Of a DNA stretch of 64,000 bases, positions 42,401 to 54,402 are shown piece by piece. Made by a program: the position numbers and the translations under genes. Source of the stretch: Eledone cirrhosa (Eukaryota). The stretch spans positions 122,512,001-122,576,000 of the forward strand of contig OZ024745.1 in assembly GCA_964016885.1 (NCBI GenBank), given 5' to 3'. Positions within the stretch are counted from its first letter, which is position 1; each line of letters opens with the position of its first letter. Under the pieces are notes generated by a model. That model made no database searches and was not told the DNA's origin. It saw only the letters and a list, made by a program, of their open reading frames with translations.

Positions 42401-43132
42401 GCAACTGACTTGCATATGATCCCTTGCACATGGATGCATTTTATCTAGACACCAGCAGGACATGCATAAAGACATATTACTTTAGAAGTATTCAAACTAT
42501 TTCTGATTCTAGAATTATGCAAAATAATAGAATCATCTTTCATTAAAAGTATATTAGTTGCATGTGTTTATGATAGTAATTCTCAGATGCATGTAAGTAA
42601 TCAAGCAAGGGTAGGATATATTTCTTGAAAATATATTTTTTTTATCCAAGAACAGTCCTTTTAGCAATTCAAATAAACACAAAAACTGTTTAACCCTTTA
42701 GCATTTAAACCAGCCATATCTGGCCAGAATTCTCTCATCTCTTTCTGTTCAAACCGACCATAACTGGCCGCTCATATTGATGTTAAGGTATTGTTCTCAA
42801 AATAAATAATATCAAACTCTCATAGATTCGATATTATGTGAGGTAAAGCTTTTACTGTGAAAATAAAATAGTATATATAGAGTAATGTAAATGTTAAAGG
42901 GTTAAATTCACTTTATATTTATCATTTATCTCATATAATTCAGTTACAGGGGAATTATGTCAGTGACCAGGCCACAAAAAGTCAGATAGAAATTGTAATA
43001 CCACAAAATAAACGATAAATGTAAAGTAAATTTAACAATTTTTGTGTGTTTTTCAATGACTAGATGTAATTGCAGATCACCTCAAATAAAATTACTTACC
43101 AAACAAGTAGGAATCCAATATATATTTATATT

Positions 43133-43435
43133 GTAACCTCTTCAGTGCCGTAGACAAGATAACTCAGCCTAACATGTCTGAACTCTTTTCCAACAGTTCA
43201 TAACTTCCAAGTTATGAAATCGTTTCCAACAGTTCATAACTTCAAAGCTAGATGGGGTTACTAGTTTATTGATGTGACATTTGTCAATCATTCAGATATG
43301 TGTTGTTAATAGATGTTTGTTTTAAAAAATGGTCATTTTACTGAAAAAAACAAAAACAAACCAGCACAGCAACTGTAGCTGTGTAAAATATACATTGTAA
43401 CTGTGTAAAACATACACAGCAGTCAACAGGTTTAA
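43133..43435. mobile_element. TTAA-type MITE, second family; inverted copy at about 19431-19710
   Basis: (T)TAACCTCTTCAGTGC...GCAGTCAACAGGTTTAA ends; internal sequence is the reverse complement of the 19.5-kb copy. Confidence 0.65.
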
Positions 43436-43446
43436 GCTAAACTTAC

Positions 43447-43525
43447 TGTCTTCATCAACGAGGAAAACTTCAGAACTGGGATCTTCAATAAGTGTGCAGT
43501 CTATCAGAGGAATTTTCCCTTGTTG
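43447..43525 (-). CDS. RasGRF: RasGRF exon, PH2 domain (QQGKIPLIDCTLIEDPSSEVFLVDED)
   Basis: Acceptor ttctag, donor gtaagt; 79 nt, phase 0->1; resembles RasGRF 'GVISLIDCTLLEEP'. Confidence 0.92.
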
Positions 43526-45126
43526 CTAGAATGAATCCACAAAAAATAATAATATAGTAAAAACTCCAGAAGTTATGACAGTGTTTTAGTGATCTCTAAA
43601 ACAACTTTTCAGATCGCCCTGCTAAAAAGAATAAGTAAATAAATATATAAGTAATTCAGTGAATGCCCCCCCCCCCAAAAAAAAAAAAATAAATAAAACC
43701 CCACAGCCCTCAAAAGGTAAAAACATTTCAATGTATTACTATCCTAATAACAGCAATAAAGCTGTTTGAACAGGACCAGCACAGTAGAAGAAAAATTATG
43801 ATATTCAGCATTAATAAAAAACATGTCAGTTTTAAACTTATACAATTATAATAGAAATACAACTGTCAAGATATACATGAACATACAATTTGGCTTCAAA
43901 GATTACTAATTCTGATGATTCAAAAGAAGAAACTATCATAAAATAGCATTCCTGAATTTAACTAGCTTTATTCCTTAATACATTTATATGTATATACATT
44001 AACAAATATACAGTAGTCATAATTAATGTAATGTACTCAACACATCAGGTAGAGAATACTTTGCTTCATTTTATTGAGAGGTGACTCTTATAGGAATAAT
44101 TATGTTCTATTTACTGATGAAGTCCTTAGATAGCCATTTCTCCCCTTTATTACTGCCATTGTGTGGTTGGTCCTTGACCCCTCCTACCAGCATTAAACCC
44201 TGTTTGATCAGTCATCTCTATAGATAGTGAACTGGCTGTGTGAACCAGCTTTCTGATAATTTCATCACCAAATGAAACATAACTAGTCCTGTAAAAGTTA
44301 CCTCTCAATGAAATTATATATATTTCACTTTAGTTTTGAAACATTGATGTAATATGTAAATAAAACTTAATTTCAAAGAAATGAATTCAGCAACAGAGTT
44401 ATTAGAATTGCAAATATACATGAAATCTATTCATATATGTAGATATTTTGACAACAAAGAGACATAAAACTAACAATTTCTTTATATATTGGAAAATATT
44501 TTTCATTATGAATTGATAGATGTATAAGAAGGGAATAAGGTATAGGACCTCCTGCATATGGTCCATTCATATATATATATTAGAAAAAATACAAGGAAGT
44601 TTCATTTACATGTAAAATATATTTATTGTGTAACGACCTGTTATGCGCATATATATTTTCTTGTCACATCACCAGTCTGAGGAGCAGATCAATACTGGAG
44701 TCGGGTCCATAACTCCTATGGGTCTGATTGAGCCAATCCTCTGTTAAACACACAATAAATATCTTTTTCATGTAAACAAAACTTCCTCGTTTATTTTTTC
44801 TAATATATACACACTGTCTGTGAATAGAGTGCTTCCTTTGGTACCAATACCAGTAATTCACTGAACCACCTACATATATATATATATCCCATGCTAGCAC
44901 CGTCTAACCCATGCTAGCGTGTAAAATGGACGTTAAACAAAGATGATGATGATGATGATATACACATATATATATATACCGGCAGGATGGTTACATTGGC
45001 TTTCTGTGCAGAATGCTTTATTCTTTACAACCACAGATCATCTCATAATCTGGAATAATCATCTGCAATCTACTGACTGGTATCCTATCTCTTCAATCTA
45101 TGAAACAGGAGCTAAGCTCTGGATCA

Positions 45127-47296
45127 GAGAGCCATTTGGGGCTTATGTGGCTGAGAGTAGCCATTTGGGGCTTATGTGGCTGAGAGTAGGCATTTGGGGC
45201 TTATGTGGCTGAGAGTAGCCATTTGGGGTTTATGTGGCTGAGAGTAGCCATTTGGGGTTTATGTGGCTGAGAGTAGCCATTTGGGGCTTATGTGGCTCAG
45301 AGTAGCCATTTGGGGCTTGTGTGGCTGAGAGTAGCCATTTGGGGCTTATGTGGCTGAGAGTAGGCATTTGGGGCTTGTGTGGCTGAGAGTAGGCATTTGG
45401 GGCTTATGTGGCTGAGAGTAGCCATTTGGGGTTTATGTGGCTGAGAGTAGCCATTTGGGGCTTATGTGGCTCAGAGTAGCCATTTGGGGCTTGTGTGGCT
45501 GAGAGTAGCCATTTGGGGCTTATGTGGCTGAGAGTAGGCATTTGGGGCTTGTGTGGCTGAGAGTAGCCATTTGGGGCTTATGTGGCTGAGAGTAGCCATT
45601 TGGGGCTTATGTGGCTCAGAGTAGGCATTTGGGGCTTGTGTGGCTCAGAGTACCCATTTGGGGCTTGTGTGGCTGAGAGTAGCCATTTGGGACTTATGTG
45701 GCTGAGAGTAGCCATTTGGGGCTTATGTGGCTGAGAGTAGGCATTTGGGGCTTATGTGGCTGAGAGTAGCCATTTGGGGCTTATGTGGCTGAGAGTAGGC
45801 ATTTGGGGCTTATGTGGCTGAGAGTAGCCATTTGGGACTTATGTGGCTGAGAGTAGCCATTTGGGGCTTATGTGGCTGAGAGTAGGCATTTGGGGCTTAT
45901 GTGGCTGAGAGTAGCCATTTGGGACTTATGTGGCTGAGAGTAGCCATTTGGGGCTTATGTGGCTGAGAGTAGCCATTTGGGGCTTATGTGGCTCAGAGTA
46001 GCCATTTGGGGCTTATGTGGCTGAGAGTAGGCATTTGGGGCTTGTGTGGCTGAGAGTAGGCATTTGGGGCTTGTGTGGCTGAGAGTAGCCATTTGGGGCT
46101 TATGTGGCTGAGAGTAGGCATTTGGGGCTTGTGTGGCTGAGAGTAGGCATTTGGGGCTTATGTGGCTGAGAGTAGGCATTTGGGGCTTGTGTAGCTGAGA
46201 GTAGGCATTTGGGGCTTGTGTGGCTGAGAGTAGGCATTTGGGGCTTATGTGGCTGAGAGTAGCCATTTGGGGCTTATGTGGCTCAGAGTAGGCATTTGGG
46301 GCTTGTGTGGCTGAGAGTAGCCATTTGGGGCTTATGTGGCTCAGAGTAGGCATTTGGGGCTTATGTGGCTGAGAGTAGGCATTTGGGGCTTGTGTGGCTG
46401 AGAGTAGGCATTTGGGGCTTGTGTGGCTGAGAGTAGCCATTTGGGGCTTGTGTGGCTGAGAGTAGGCATTTGGGGCTTGTGTGGCTGAGAGTAGGCATTT
46501 GGGGCTTGTGTGGCTGAGAGTAGGCATTTGGGGCTTGTGTGGCTGAGAGTAGCCATTTGGGACTTATGTGGCTGAGAGTAGCCATTTGGGGCTTATGTGG
46601 CTGAGAGTAGGCATTTGGGGCTTATGTGGCTGAGAGTAGCCATTTGGGACTTATGTGGCTGAGAGTAGCCATTTGGGGCTTATGTGGCTCAGAGTACCCA
46701 TTTGGGGCTTATGTGGCTCAGAGTAGGCATTTGGGGCTTATGTGGCTGAGAGTAGCCATTTGGGGCTTATGTGGCTCAGAGTACCCATTTGGGGCTTGTG
46801 TGGCTCAGAGTACCCATTTGGGGCTTGTGTGGCTGAGAGTAGCCATTTGGGACTTATGTGGCTGAGAGTAGCCATTTGGGGCTTATGTGGCTGAGAGTAG
46901 GCATTTGGGGCTTATGTGGCTGAGAGTAGCCATTTGGGACTTATGTGGCTGAGAGTAGCCATTTGGGGCTTATGTGGCTCAGAGTACCCATTTGGGGCTT
47001 ATGTGGCTCAGAGTAGGCATTTGGGGCTTATGTGGCTGAGAGTAGCCATTTGGGGCTTATGTGGCTCAGAGTACCCATTTGGGGCTTGTGTGGCTCAGAG
47101 TACCCATTTGGGGCTTATGTGGCTCAGAGTACCCATTTGGGGCTTGTGTGGCTCAGAGTACCCATTTGGGGCTTATGTGGCTGAGAGTAGGCATTTGGGG
47201 CTTATGTGGCTGAGAGTAGCCATTTGGGGCTTATGTGGCTCAGAGTACCCATTTGGGGCTTGTGTGGCTGAGAGTAGCCATTTGGGGCTTGTGTGA
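45127..47296. repeat. 29-bp minisatellite, about 75 copies
   Basis: Unit GAGTAGCCATTTGGGGCTTATGTGGCTGA with a few variable positions. Confidence 0.97.
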
Positions 47297-48989
47297 CTGT
47301 TACTTTGAAGATAAAAAAAAGAATATAGAAACATGAGTATATTCAGAAAAATTTGTTTTCAGTTACTGTTAGTTCTTATAATAAAACATTTCAATAGGCA
47401 TACATGGCCTTCTTCAAAGGGTATGTATCAAGTTGTTATGGAGCTGTTATTGATAATTAAAGTTCTACCTATTAAACGTTTATTCATTTTAATCATTCAG
47501 TTTTCAGGTTTTTCCCTAGAAAAATCTTTCCAGGGAGAAATAGGTAAAATAGGTAAAACAATAGAATGTATGCTTCAAAACTTCCTGAGAACAATAAATT
47601 TTGATTCCATTGCAAGGCGTCACAACAAAAAAACTGGTTACATTTTCTGACTACTGTGCAAGGTGATTAACAAACAGACAATGTCAATGTGCAGTAATAA
47701 TTCACTGATTATAAGGATTCAATACACCAATACAACACAAGCAAACAATACTTATTTACTCTTTGCTGACAATGACACTTCAGTTGTACCCCTCTTTTGG
47801 TGATATGAAGCATGAAGAGTCTTGTAAGCAGATTCTCAAAAACTGTGAATTCCTTTGGATTAACCTTAGTTTAAGCAGTGCAGTGTCTTCTACATGACAT
47901 TTTAGATGCCTAGATCTTTATCAAAATCACTTAACAAATTAATAACACTCAGAATATTTCTTACTTCCACAGAACAAATAATATATTGCATCCTTGAAAA
48001 ATTTAGCTTCTTTAAGGATGGCTGTATTTATGAGGAGATTGCAGTGTGCTTCTCAAAATGAAAAGACCTCTCTCTGGATTTTGTTGTAAGTTTATAGCTG
48101 TAGGAGTGGTTCCATTGATTCAGTCAGTCCTGATTGAGTAGACCTGTGAATGGAGGTAGCCAGTCATAGAACAAGATGTGATCTTGCTGTAAGTTGTAGC
48201 AGTACTTGTGGCTGTTTTGTCGACCCAGTCAATCCTGATTGAACAGACCTGTCAATGGAGGTAGGGTGTGATATGACAATTTTTGATTTACAGATCCATG
48301 TCTCTGTTATGTTGTTGACACCATTCCACACTTTGAAAAGCAGCAATCTATTGTATGGTGTTCTCTTTTCTCCACTAGTCAGTCTGTTCCTGCATACTTG
48401 CTGAGTTGTTGAATGGATAGGGAAGCCACAATTTAATTTTCATTGCAGTAGAAAAGCATGAGCACTTAACTATCAAACAAATTGCTTTTAAGTTTATACA
48501 AGCCTTCTTTAACCCTTTAGCATTTAAACTGGCCATATCCAGCCATAATTCTCTCACTTCTTTCTGTTGAAACTGGCTGTAACTGGGCGCTCATACTTAT
48601 ATTAAGGTATTGTTCTCAAAATAAATAACATCAACATCTCGTAGATTTGATATTATGTGAGATAAAGCCTTTACTGTGAAAATAATACAATAGCATATAT
48701 AAAGTAATGTAAATGCTAAAGGGTTAAATTCTGCTAAGCATATGAAATATTAAAAATTGATCATGAATGTTATATGCAGATGATAAAAAATGTGTTTCGA
48801 TGAATCAAGTTCATTTCACCTGTTCAGGCTTGGTTTCAGCTTCCTTGTTCATTCAAAAATGGAATATAACTCTTGATATATTTATTATAGAGTGTATTTA
48901 TTTAAAGCTATGTAAATATATGTTTAGTATATTACAGTAAATACTTAACTGAAATATAATTATCTGATCCATGTAATTATAAAGGCATG

Positions 48990-49136
48990 AAATATATGTG
49001 TGTATATATATATATATATACACATATATATACATATATATATACATATATATACATACATATGCATATACACACACACATATATATATATATGTGTGTG
49101 TGTATATGTATATATATATGCATATGTATTTATATG

Positions 49137-49235
<99 letters not shown>

Positions 49236-49270
49236 ATATATATATACATACATATATATACATATATATA
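48990..49270. repeat. Compound (TA)n/(CA)n microsatellite; similar tracts at 620-1700, 34030-34230, 49876-49925, 50089-50145, 54360-55200
   Basis: Directly visible dinucleotide runs; they generate the YIYI ORFs. Confidence 0.95.
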
Positions 49271-49273
49271 TTG

Positions 49274-49430
49274 TTATATTTTGGGAGGGTCATATTGTTA
49301 TAATATTGCCAGAAATAATAATAAAACACACTCACTGTTTGGTTTGGATTGGTTTTCGCTTGTGTACAGTGAGTGTGTTTTATTATCATTTCTGGCAATA
49401 TTATAACAATATGACCCTCCCAAAATATAA
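49274..49430. repeat. Inverted repeat, 65-bp arms, 27-nt loop
   Basis: 49274-49338 vs 49366-49430, one mismatch. Confidence 0.92.
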
Positions 49431-49872
49431 GAATATTTGTTTCAACATACGATTTCATATAAAAAAACCTTGCAAAACAAATACATATATATATTTATAT
49501 ATATATTATATAAGTCTGTGTATTTATTTTGCAAGATGTCAAATCATATATTGAAACATATTTTTATATTTTGGAATAGTTATTTTGTCAATAAAAAACG
49601 CATGAATTATTTGAGTTCCAATTTAGCTTTATTACTATTAGTTATTTTATCAAAACTCTTTTGTCACACATTCTGTGACCTCCTCAATGACTATTAAACA
49701 GGTCAGGAATAAGAAGAGACACAGAGAAGAAAAACAAATATTTATTGAGGAGATCACAGAGTGTATGAAGAAATGGCTTTGACAAAATAACCAATAACTA
49801 ATAATAATAAAGCTGAAGTGAAAAGTAAAATAGTGCTTGTGTTTTATTGGCTACATGACCATCCCAAATATA

Positions 49873-49927
<55 letters not shown>

Positions 49928-50086
49928 CAAAGAAAGTGTGTTAAGGAACCAGGTGGACCATAGCACACCAGAGTACTCGATACTTAGGGTGGTAGAGTAG
50001 GTAATAGGAAAAGAGTCAGGACCCCAGCAGCTGAGCTCTGGCCATTTCGACAGCTAGATCCGAACTCGGATCTAGCTGACTCTTTT

Positions 50087-50148
<62 letters not shown>

Positions 50149-50559
50149 TCTGTGAGCACACTACATTACCTGCATGATGTGGAAAATATTCCATCAGCAT
50201 TGCCAAAATGATGTTGGCATCACCTTTAAAGTACACCCAAAGCTTGGACCCCATGCTATCTGCCCACAACAAAAATCAAACTCACATCTCATAATAACAT
50301 TATGGCACAATTATTTCACCTCAATTGGCCCTGCTCTCTTTAACATTACACCAAAACACATTAAAACAGAAACAGAGCCCATAAAATTCAATAAGTCTTT
50401 GGACAAATCCCTCCAAGAAATCCCAGATAAATCTCCTACACTCGAATATGTCTCTGTAAACAATAACTCTCTACTTGAGAGGGCCATGGTGTCCAGGTGG
50501 TGCTATTAAGTTAGACATGGCCTGGGCCAATACTGGGCGAAAGTTATCAAAGTTTATAT

Positions 50560-51990
50560 ATATATATAAATTGCTACAAGGGCAAAGGAGACACACTGAA
50601 GAGAAAGGGGAGTAAATACAGAGATATCAAGTTGATGGATCAGGTCATGAAATCTACTGAAATGGTTATAGCACAACTAATTAGAGGCAAAATCAAGTTA
50701 GATGAGATGCAGTTTGGATTTATGCCAGGCAGGGGTACTACTGATGCCCTCATTTAGGTGACTCAAGTACAGGAGAGGTACTTAGATAAGAGTAAGCCAA
50801 TATATCTGGATTTTGTAGATATAGAGGTCTTTGACAGGATCCCACACTCTATAATCTTGTGAGTACTTAGGAAGCTGGCTGTAAATAAATGGCTTGAGAA
50901 GGTCATGGAGCTATATATAAAGTAACAACCAGCAAAGTGAGAATTGGCAATGAATGCAGTGATGAATTTAATGTGGCAGTGGGGTTCCACTGGGGCTCAG
51001 TCCTCAGTTCACCTCTGTTTGTCATTGTCTTTCAGGCCATCCCTGAGGAACTTAAAACTGGAACTCCAAGTAAATTTCTATATCCTGATAACCTAATCCA
51101 TATAGCTGGGTCTGTAGAAGAGTTAGGGGCAAAATTTCAAGCATGGAAGAAGAACCTAGATTTGAAAGGACTAAAAGTAAACTTATCAAAAATGAATATC
51201 TTAATAAGTAGGAAAGAGAACATAAGGCTGATACCATCAGGAAAGTAACTTTCTTCAATATGTCAGTAAAGGGTGGCCAGAAATTCTATTAGTACACTAC
51301 ACATAGTGTAATCTATGGATGCACAAGAGATGTATTGTGGTTGCAGGTAGGCTAACGGAAAAGATAGATTTTGTATGTGGCAGACACACAGGAGAAGTAA
51401 GCACTAAAAGCACATGTGAAATAGATTCCTTCAGTTGCCAGGGATACTTCTTAGAAGTTGTTGACAACTTTTGTTGCTTAGGCAACCTGATTAGCAGTGA
51501 GAGAGGATGCTTTGAAAGTGAGATAGCCAGGATTAGAACAGGCTGGAAAAAGTTTAGAGAGCTGGTACCTCTGTTGACACAAAGGGATTCTCTATCAGAG
51601 TAAAGGGTATATTGTATGATGCCTGCATGCGAACTGCAATGCCACATGGCAGTGGGATGTGGACATTGACTACAGAAGACTTGCAAAGGCTAGAAAACAA
51701 TGTGAGTATGCTCTGATGGATGTGCAATGTTAGAATGCATGAATGACATAGCATAAGTGAACTGAGAGAAACTCGACATAAAAGGAATTGGATGTAGTGT
51801 GCAAGAGAAAAGACTGCATTGGTATAGACATGCGATGCATATAGAAGATAGCAGTTGCATAAAAAAATGCAAAGAAACCCAATGGAAGAGTCAGACCCAA
51901 GAAGACTTGGGATGAGTTATTGAAAACAAGCCTTGAGAAATTAAACCTCACAACAGAAATGACAAAGAAACATGTGTGCTGGTGAAGACC
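50560..51990 (+). mobile_element. Decayed RTE-type LINE reverse-transcriptase region
   Basis: Motifs EMQFGFMPGRGTTDA, FVD, VGFHWGSVLS, LYPDNL (YADD position), KGLKVNLSK, CCLGNLI, ARIRTGWKKFREL; frameshifts and stops. Confidence 0.9.
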
Positions 51991-52810
51991 TGGCTACAAG
52001 GATTCAATGTGACCTAACCCATCCCTGTGTTCCCCACTTCCGCTAGCACTTCCCAGTAGCTATCACCACCATCACTGAACCCTGCCCTCATCCATTCTCC
52101 CACCAGTAACACTCTTTAGCTACTCTCCCTGCTAAAGCCCATATTGCATCCTAGTAGCTACTCCCTCTACTCCTGCGCACCCACTCCACTACCATCACTT
52201 AGTTATTTTCTCCATCACTACATTCTTTCCCCTACACACTATTGACCAAACCATCCACACACACACCACTACCCCAATACTATGAGTCACCCCTTCTCCC
52301 TATTCATCATCCTCTCAATTCACTACACTTTCCAAACATCCATAACTTCATACTTATCTCTCTCCTCTGCTCCTCCCCAATGAACCTAATAGAGCAGAGA
52401 GGAATCTTCTGTTGGGACAATGACCAACAACCTCTCTAGTGACAGTGCCACAAAAATGCACCAGTACTGTGGTAGGCAATAGGAAAGACATACTGCTGTA
52501 GAAACCAATCCTAAATGGGTTGAGAGGACCCTTTAGTTGTGTCAAGGACATGGCAACCTCTCTAATGTTAGGGATCTATGCAATAAATTCATCCAGTACA
52601 TGCTGCAAAGTGATTGGTGAAAGGAAGGGCACCCAGCTGTAAAAAGCTTGTCAATAAACGGTTGGGGGACCCTTTGTTGTGTTGAAGACATGACAACCAC
52701 TCTATGTTAGCACCACAATAAAATGCAATCAGTAGTAAGAAAGATGTGACTTTTCACACACACACACACACTATATATATATATATATACATACACACAT
52801 ATATATATAC

Positions 52811-53032
52811 TAATAATAAAAAGGATGAAGTGTTAGGTCTTCAATATGTTTATTGAGTAGTGATGCACATTTCGCGATTGATCAGCTCAAGGTTTGATCT
52901 GTATTGATCTGGCCCAACTCAGAGTCAGAGTCAAATCGATACAGATCAAACCTTGAGCCAATCAATCACGAAATGCACGTCACTACTCAATAAACGTAAT
53001 GAAGATCTAACGCTTCATCCTTTTTATTATTA
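52811..53032. repeat. Inverted repeat, about 97-bp arms with a ~26-nt spacer
   Basis: taataataaaaaggatgaag... pairs with ...cttcatcctttttattatta; mismatches are mostly transitions. Confidence 0.9.
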
Positions 53033-53140
53033 ATATTACACTCCGCTTAGTACTACACCAATTTACCTACTGGAAATTACACATCGAGTGCTCACACTGG
53101 TGAACCTACAGTAACTGGACGTTACAATCCTTAAATATCC

Positions 53141-53478
53141 TCATCATCATCATCATTTTACGTCCGCTTTTCCCTGCTTGCAAGGGTGGGACGGCAACTG
53201 ATTCTGGCTTGATTTCTACAGCTGGATGCCCTTCCTAACACCAACCTCATTTACAGTGAGTGCTGGGTGCTTTTTTGCCGTGGCACCTCCACGACCACTT
53301 TGCAGTGGAATGATAGGGACCCCAGTCCCTATCATCTCATTTCTACAGCTGAGTAAACTGGAGCAATGTGAAATAAAGTGTCTTGCTCAAGGAAACAACA
53401 CATCACCCGGTCTGAGAATTGAACTCACAACCTTTCGATTGCAAGGCCAATGCTCTAACCACTAAGCCATGTGCCTCC
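53141..53478 (-). mobile_element. tRNA-derived SINE family B (CORE-like body, (GAT)n tail); representative of about 9 copies
   Basis: A box TGGCTTAGTGG, B box GAGTTCAATTCT, CCTTGAGCAAGACACTT core, AGGAAGGGCATCCAGCTGTAGAAA tail. Other copies near 20812, 22993(+), 41040, 40540; head variants near 3835, 33770, 7550(+), 53915(+); tail only at 1-55. Confidence 0.88.
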
Positions 53479-53822
53479 ATTAAATATATATATATATATA
53501 CAAATCATATATTTGTGCATGGATATGAGTAGTCTGTGGCCACAAATATCATAGTGACACCATTCATAAAAGTCTACAATGAAGTTGATTATGTCTCTCA
53601 TAACATAAATACTACATCATGCAGTGTATCAGTTCGAAAATACCAGTAGCATATACCATACTTGGAATACGGTATAGGTTAGCACTAGGATGGGCATCCA
53701 GTCATAGAAGAAAAAAAAACTTACTGGAAAAGGATCTGATTTAACCCATGCAAGCATGGGAAAATGAATATAAAATATAATGGTGATGTCGCAAAGAATA
53801 TTCTAAGATAATTTTCTATGCT

Positions 53823-54310
53823 TTAACCATTTCATTACCAAACAATCTGAAACTATCTCCAGTTCTATAATACAAAACTGTTTGTTTTAAAGTGTTTATA
53901 GTTATCTAATGAAGACATGTGGCTGAGTGGTTAGAGAATTGGATTCACAATCATGAGGTTGTGATTTCGATTCCTGGACCAGGCGATACATTATGTCCTT
54001 GGGTAAGACATTTTATTTCACGTTGCTCCTTCTGCCTGGATTTGCGACTAACAGATAGCGTTTGCAATTGGAAACATCGTTTCCTCAGTCCGATTTGATG
54101 AGCTCCACCCCACTAGTTAAGTCAATGAGCTCTGGGACCTTGTTGATCTACCGTTGATATTTATCTAAACCTTCCATCATAATTTAAACATTTTTGTTAA
54201 ATTAAAAAATGTTAGTTATTTTACTAAATTCTTTTAAATTCTTAATTATTTTCATAATAATTTGAAAATGCAAGGTAGCGTCTTTAGAAATTCAGTCACA
54301 AAAGGGTTAA
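53823..54310. mobile_element. TTAA-type MITE, third family, with a nested SINE; relatives at about 2438-2837, 16253-16503, 39822-40716
   Basis: TTAACC.TTTC...AAAGGGTTAA ends and shared AT-rich body; SINE head at about 53915-54100 inside. Confidence 0.55.
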
Positions 54311-54354
54311 GAAACATTTCCACTGAATTGTCTCTCTCTCTTTCATTATTCTCA

Positions 54355-54402
<48 letters not shown>

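Larger units (their letters stand above)
195..43525 (-). other. RasGRF: Partial RasGRF1/2-like gene (11 internal coding exons; N-terminal PH/IQ/DH exons lie beyond 64000, CDC25 exons before position 1)
   Basis: All 11 exons have AG/GT boundaries and matching phases, giving 2259 nt (753 codons) with no stop. Peptides resemble vertebrate RasGRF: [64 protein letters not shown]. Confidence 0.95.

Noticed and set aside
43905-43950. CTGATGA-TTCAAAAGAA-GAAA hammerhead-like string
   Set aside because: Stem II is 3 bp and lacks the usual G-C closing pair, stems I and III are mismatched, and there is no element context; compatible with chance in AT-rich DNA.
45127-47296. CRISPR-like appearance, and ORFs of up to 190 aa, in the 29-bp array
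   Set aside because: Units are contiguous with no unique spacers and no cas genes, in a eukaryotic intron; the ORFs are simple translations of the repeat.
48898-49554. Long Y/I-rich ORFs (also near 0.8-1.5, 34, 50 and 54-55 kb)
   Set aside because: Translations of (TA)n/(CA)n microsatellites.
53400-53478. tRNA gene
   Set aside because: A and B boxes belong to multi-copy SINE heads that continue into SINE bodies; no complete cloverleaf.
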